This document shows positions 60,789 through 64,000 of a stretch of DNA of 64,000 bases, in pieces. The notes beneath the pieces were generated by a model. The model made no database searches. It saw only the letters and a program-made list of their open reading frames with translations, and had not been told where the DNA came from. Numbering within the stretch: position 1 is the stretch's first letter; every line of letters begins with the position of its first letter. This stretch comes from Raillietiella orientalis (taxonomy: Eukaryota). The stretch spans positions 124,001-188,000 of the forward strand of contig JAYWIR010000092.1 in the NCBI GenBank assembly GCA_036172245.1. The letters are read 5' to 3'. A program made the translations under genes and the position numbers.

Positions 60789-63700
60789 CGAACGGATCTC
60801 CGGAGGGCGGCTATGGTACAGGTGTGGAAGAGCGAAAAGTTGCGATGTCGCCTACCTGCTTCGGCCAGCCGTCGAGGCCGCGGCTCGGGGCGTGCGGTTC
60901 GACGATCACGGTCGTGTCGGCCAGCTGACTCTCAGGTGGTCCGACTCGATCGATCTGATCGTCACGAACGTGTACGCACCGAGCGGCAAGGACCTGATGA
61001 ACAGGAAGGCGAGGAAAGAGTTTTTCCTTGTCCTTCGGCGAGACTGGCTGACCGAAGCAGGCGTGCGGAATGCCCATCTGGTTGCAGGCGATTTCAACGT
61101 TCGCCTGAAACCAGATGAGCAGAATCCCGAGCGTGACCTGGTCAACGAGGTGTGCATGGCGGTGCACACCTGTAATCTGTTGGTCAGTGCACCGGGGATG
61201 AAAGACAGCATTGACCACGTGTTTCTTGACGAGCAACTGTGCCCTCGCGTGGGCAGCCGCGGCAAGTTACCGTGCGAGCTGTCCGACCATCGCCCGCTAG
61301 TCCTCGAAATCCTTCCGCGCGACAGGGGCCCCCCCTCGTCAGCGTGGCGTCTCCCAGGGGACTGGCTGATGCTCCCGGACGCGGCGGAACATCTCCGCAC
61401 GTTCATACGGAGCTTCAGGCTGCGGACACTCCAGGATTGGGACCGCTTCAAGCGGTCGGTCCAGGAGTTCTGCGACCAGTTCCCTCTGCACCGCCTACCT
61501 ACGGGTTTTGGGATCAAGGCTTGTAACGAACGAGCCTATCTGCAGGCCCGCCGTTACGTTAGGACCCCCGACATCCGCAGGCTGGCGGAATACAACGCGG
61601 GAGCCGAGAGGCAAGCCTGGCAGTCCGGATCGGCCAGCTTGCTGGACGATCAGGGCCAGGAGCACTCGGCAATCGCCCAAATCCGCGGCTTGCTGCGGAG
61701 TTACTACTCCTCCCTGTATGCCAGGGCACCTCCGGAGAGGAACGTCTCACGACTCCTGCTTCCGGAAGGCGCTCCAGCGATCGGGGAGGAGCAGAGAAAG
61801 ACCCTCCACGAGCCTTTCACGATGGACGAGATCCTCTCGGCCATCGGAAAGCTCAAGAGGCGAAAGGCTCCAGGGGACGACGGCCTGCCCGCGGAGTTTT
61901 ATCAAACTTTCGCGGCTGAGCTTACCCCCCTGGTACAGCAACTCACCTTGCTGATACGCGAAACAGGTGACGTTCCCGCCTCGTTTCGTTCGGCAAAGGT
62001 GCGGCTCCTCCCTAAGGGAGGAGATCTGAGGAGCATGAACAACTGGCGTCCCATCACAATAGTGAATGCGGACGCTAAGTTGGTGGCTAAGGTTTGGGCA
62101 GAGCGTCTGGGACGGGTTGCCAACATCTTCATCAGCCCGGAACAGACATATGCTGTTCCCGGGCGAAGCATGGAGGCGAACCTTTTCCTCGCTTCCACCT
62201 ACCTAGAGCTCCAACATGAAAGGAGCTTGGTGCGCAGCCGGAATTCCGGTGCGTGCGCCGCAAAGGGGTTGGATGGTCGGGTGGGTGAGGGAGCCCTTGC
62301 GGTCGCAATCCACTTGCGAAAAGCATTCGATTGCGTCGACCAGAATCTCCTTCTGGTGCTTCTGGAACGCTTGGGCTTCCCAACCTCATTAGTGGCCTAT
62401 CTGCGCTCCTGCTGGCGCGACGCGCTCATCAATGTTACTTTCAGCGGACAGACCGTGCACGGCGTGCCGGTGCGGCGTGCGATCCGGCAGGGAGACAGCC
62501 TGAGCCGCTTGGTCTTCAGTACCTACTTTGAGTTGGTACTGAGAGCGTACAGGGGAACTCCGGCGCACCTGCCGCACGACTGTGCCGGTACGCCGGCTGT
62601 TTCAGCATACGCGGACGACCTTCTGCTGCTGCTCCCTATGTCCACCCCGGCTGCGGCGGTCGAGGAGTTCTTCGACCTGCTGCATCGGGGAACCGGACTT
62701 ACGGTGAACAGGGCGAAGTCGTCCGTGATGCCAGTTGGTGCGGCGTGGGCAGAGCAGCAGGACTGGGTCCGTTTTGGGATCCCCACGGTGAGGTACTTCA
62801 AGTACCTTGGTGTGCCGTTGGGGGACTACTCCCCTGCGGAAGCGAGGTCCGGCTGCCTTCAAAAAGTAGAGACGGCGATCGGCCCGTTCCGAGGCGGCAG
62901 GTTTTTTCTACCTGAACGGGCCGCGGTTTGGAATACGTTCGCGGCTCCTCTCCTCCGCCCCCTGCTTTTTGTTTGCCCCCCCACAGAGAGGATTGAAAAG
63001 CGGACAAAGGACCTCCTCCGTATCGCCCTTTGGGGCAACGGGAGGGCCCGAGGCCGCTTAAAGGACTCGTGCGCTCCTCGTCGGGATGGTGGTCTGGACC
63101 TCCTGACGCTGAAGCGGCTGGAGCTTCAGCTCCAGTTCCGCTTGTCGGCACTCGTTCCAGAGTTGTGGTGCACCTTTTGGTGCGTCCCTGCACGTCTTCT
63201 TCTCCAGCAAGCCACCGTCAAGACGGGACTGACGTCGTTTCTTGCACTCCGTCGCCGCGTCAACCGATGCGGACTCCAGCTACGGAGGGTGGCTGCGCTG
63301 TATCGGAAAAACCCAGGATTGCTCACCTGTCGCCCGTTTAACGGTAGTGCCTGGTTGCAGGAAACCGTTTGAACGTGGGGACAGTTCGGCATGCAACGCT
63401 CCCAACAGGAACGAAGGTTCCTGTTTGGGGGTTACAGAAGTTGCACGCTCCGCGAGATCCTGGAGGATCCAAAGAAGAGAGCGTGGGCAGGAAGAACCGC
63501 CCTCGCTGCTGCGCTGCCCTCCCTGATGGAAGATCTGGACAGCAATGTTGCGGCGAAGTGGGTGGTTACAGTAACAATCTCCGGAAAGGAGAAGAAGATA
63601 GGAGAGTGAAAGACGGGCCAGTTAACAGACGCTGCGACCCGGAGTACGCCTCCCAATGGACTTCTGCGCTGGGGCGCGCTGCTCGATGTTCCCATTGAAC

Positions 63701-64000
63701 ATCTGAAGTGGCCCCCGGTGCTCATGAACACTTCCGCCCTCCCCTTAAAATGGCAGGAGTCGGCTCTCCCGTTGCAGCACTGGGGACTCTTCTGCAATGC
63801 CCGCCGACACCACTGGACCTGGGGAGCGGTGGACCCCAATTGCGTCAGGTGTGGGGAACGGGAGTCCCTCCCCCACCTGCTAGTGGATTGTGTTGCCCTT
63901 CGGCCCCTTTGGTTTCGCTTTGCCGCGGCCATCGGAATCCCCTGCGGCAACCCCAGGGACGCACTGAAAGCCCTCTTCGTTGCTGACGCCCTTCGGCCAG
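60789..64000 (+). pseudogene. Family D ORF2 resumed (EN, RT with intact YADD; stops from 63372)
   Basis: AGDFN, SIDH, LSDH, AIRQGDSLS, AYADD, CVRCGERESLPHLLVDC. Confidence 0.92.

Larger units (their letters stand above)
47263..64000 (+). mobile_element. Family D LINE from its 5' end, interrupted by the C element (49189-60776); runs off the window
   Basis: 5' motif at 47266-47276. ORF2 reads EQAQEI (49188) and resumes ERISGGRL (60789). Confidence 0.93.

Noticed and set aside
60613..63372. 919-aa ORF as an intact or novel fusion protein
   Set aside because: Its first ~55 codons are the antisense C 5' region joined by chance to D ORF2. It lacks the EN N-terminus and stops early.
1..64000. Prokaryotic RT system (retron, DGR, group II intron) or CRISPR array
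   Set aside because: The RTs are fused to an AP-endonuclease and paired with zinc-knuckle ORF1s, TSDs and AATAAA signals. No repeat-spacer array was seen.
1..64000. LTR, DIRS or Penelope elements suggested by the inverted arrangements
   Set aside because: No LTRs, integrase, tyrosine recombinase or GIY-YIG motifs were seen; antisense nesting explains the inversions.

Overview
Eukaryotic repeat DNA. About 87% of the window (1-21670 and 29882-64000) is a dense nest of non-LTR retrotransposons of the L1/Tx1 type. ORF1 carries CCHC zinc knuckles; ORF2 carries an AP-endonuclease, a reverse transcriptase (QGD..SP, YADD) and a C-terminal Cys/His motif. I separate at least five related families, labelled A, B, C, D and G (my labels). 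Every copy is disrupted, and I found no intact host gene, RNA gene or CRISPR array. An 8.2 kb lower-GC island without LINE sequence (21670-29881) separates the two nests. The main result is that the nesting looks ordered. Elements insert almost always antisense into other LINEs, and some families reuse the same site. B junctions cluster at the 'GFG-V' codons of the ORF2 linker, D junctions at the RT 'KAFD' codons, C near the start of the endonuclease, and A inside C ORF1. Target-site duplications resolve a nest of A(+) in C(-) in D(+), which itself abuts a minus-strand host. The elements lack poly(A) tails and end in AATAAA + hairpin + 2-4 A. B, C and D share a covarying CTGCGT-loop 3'UTR hairpin and a GGNGGACGTGT 5' end. 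All alignments and counts were made by eye, so boundaries may be a few bases off. The organism cannot be identified from this sequence.
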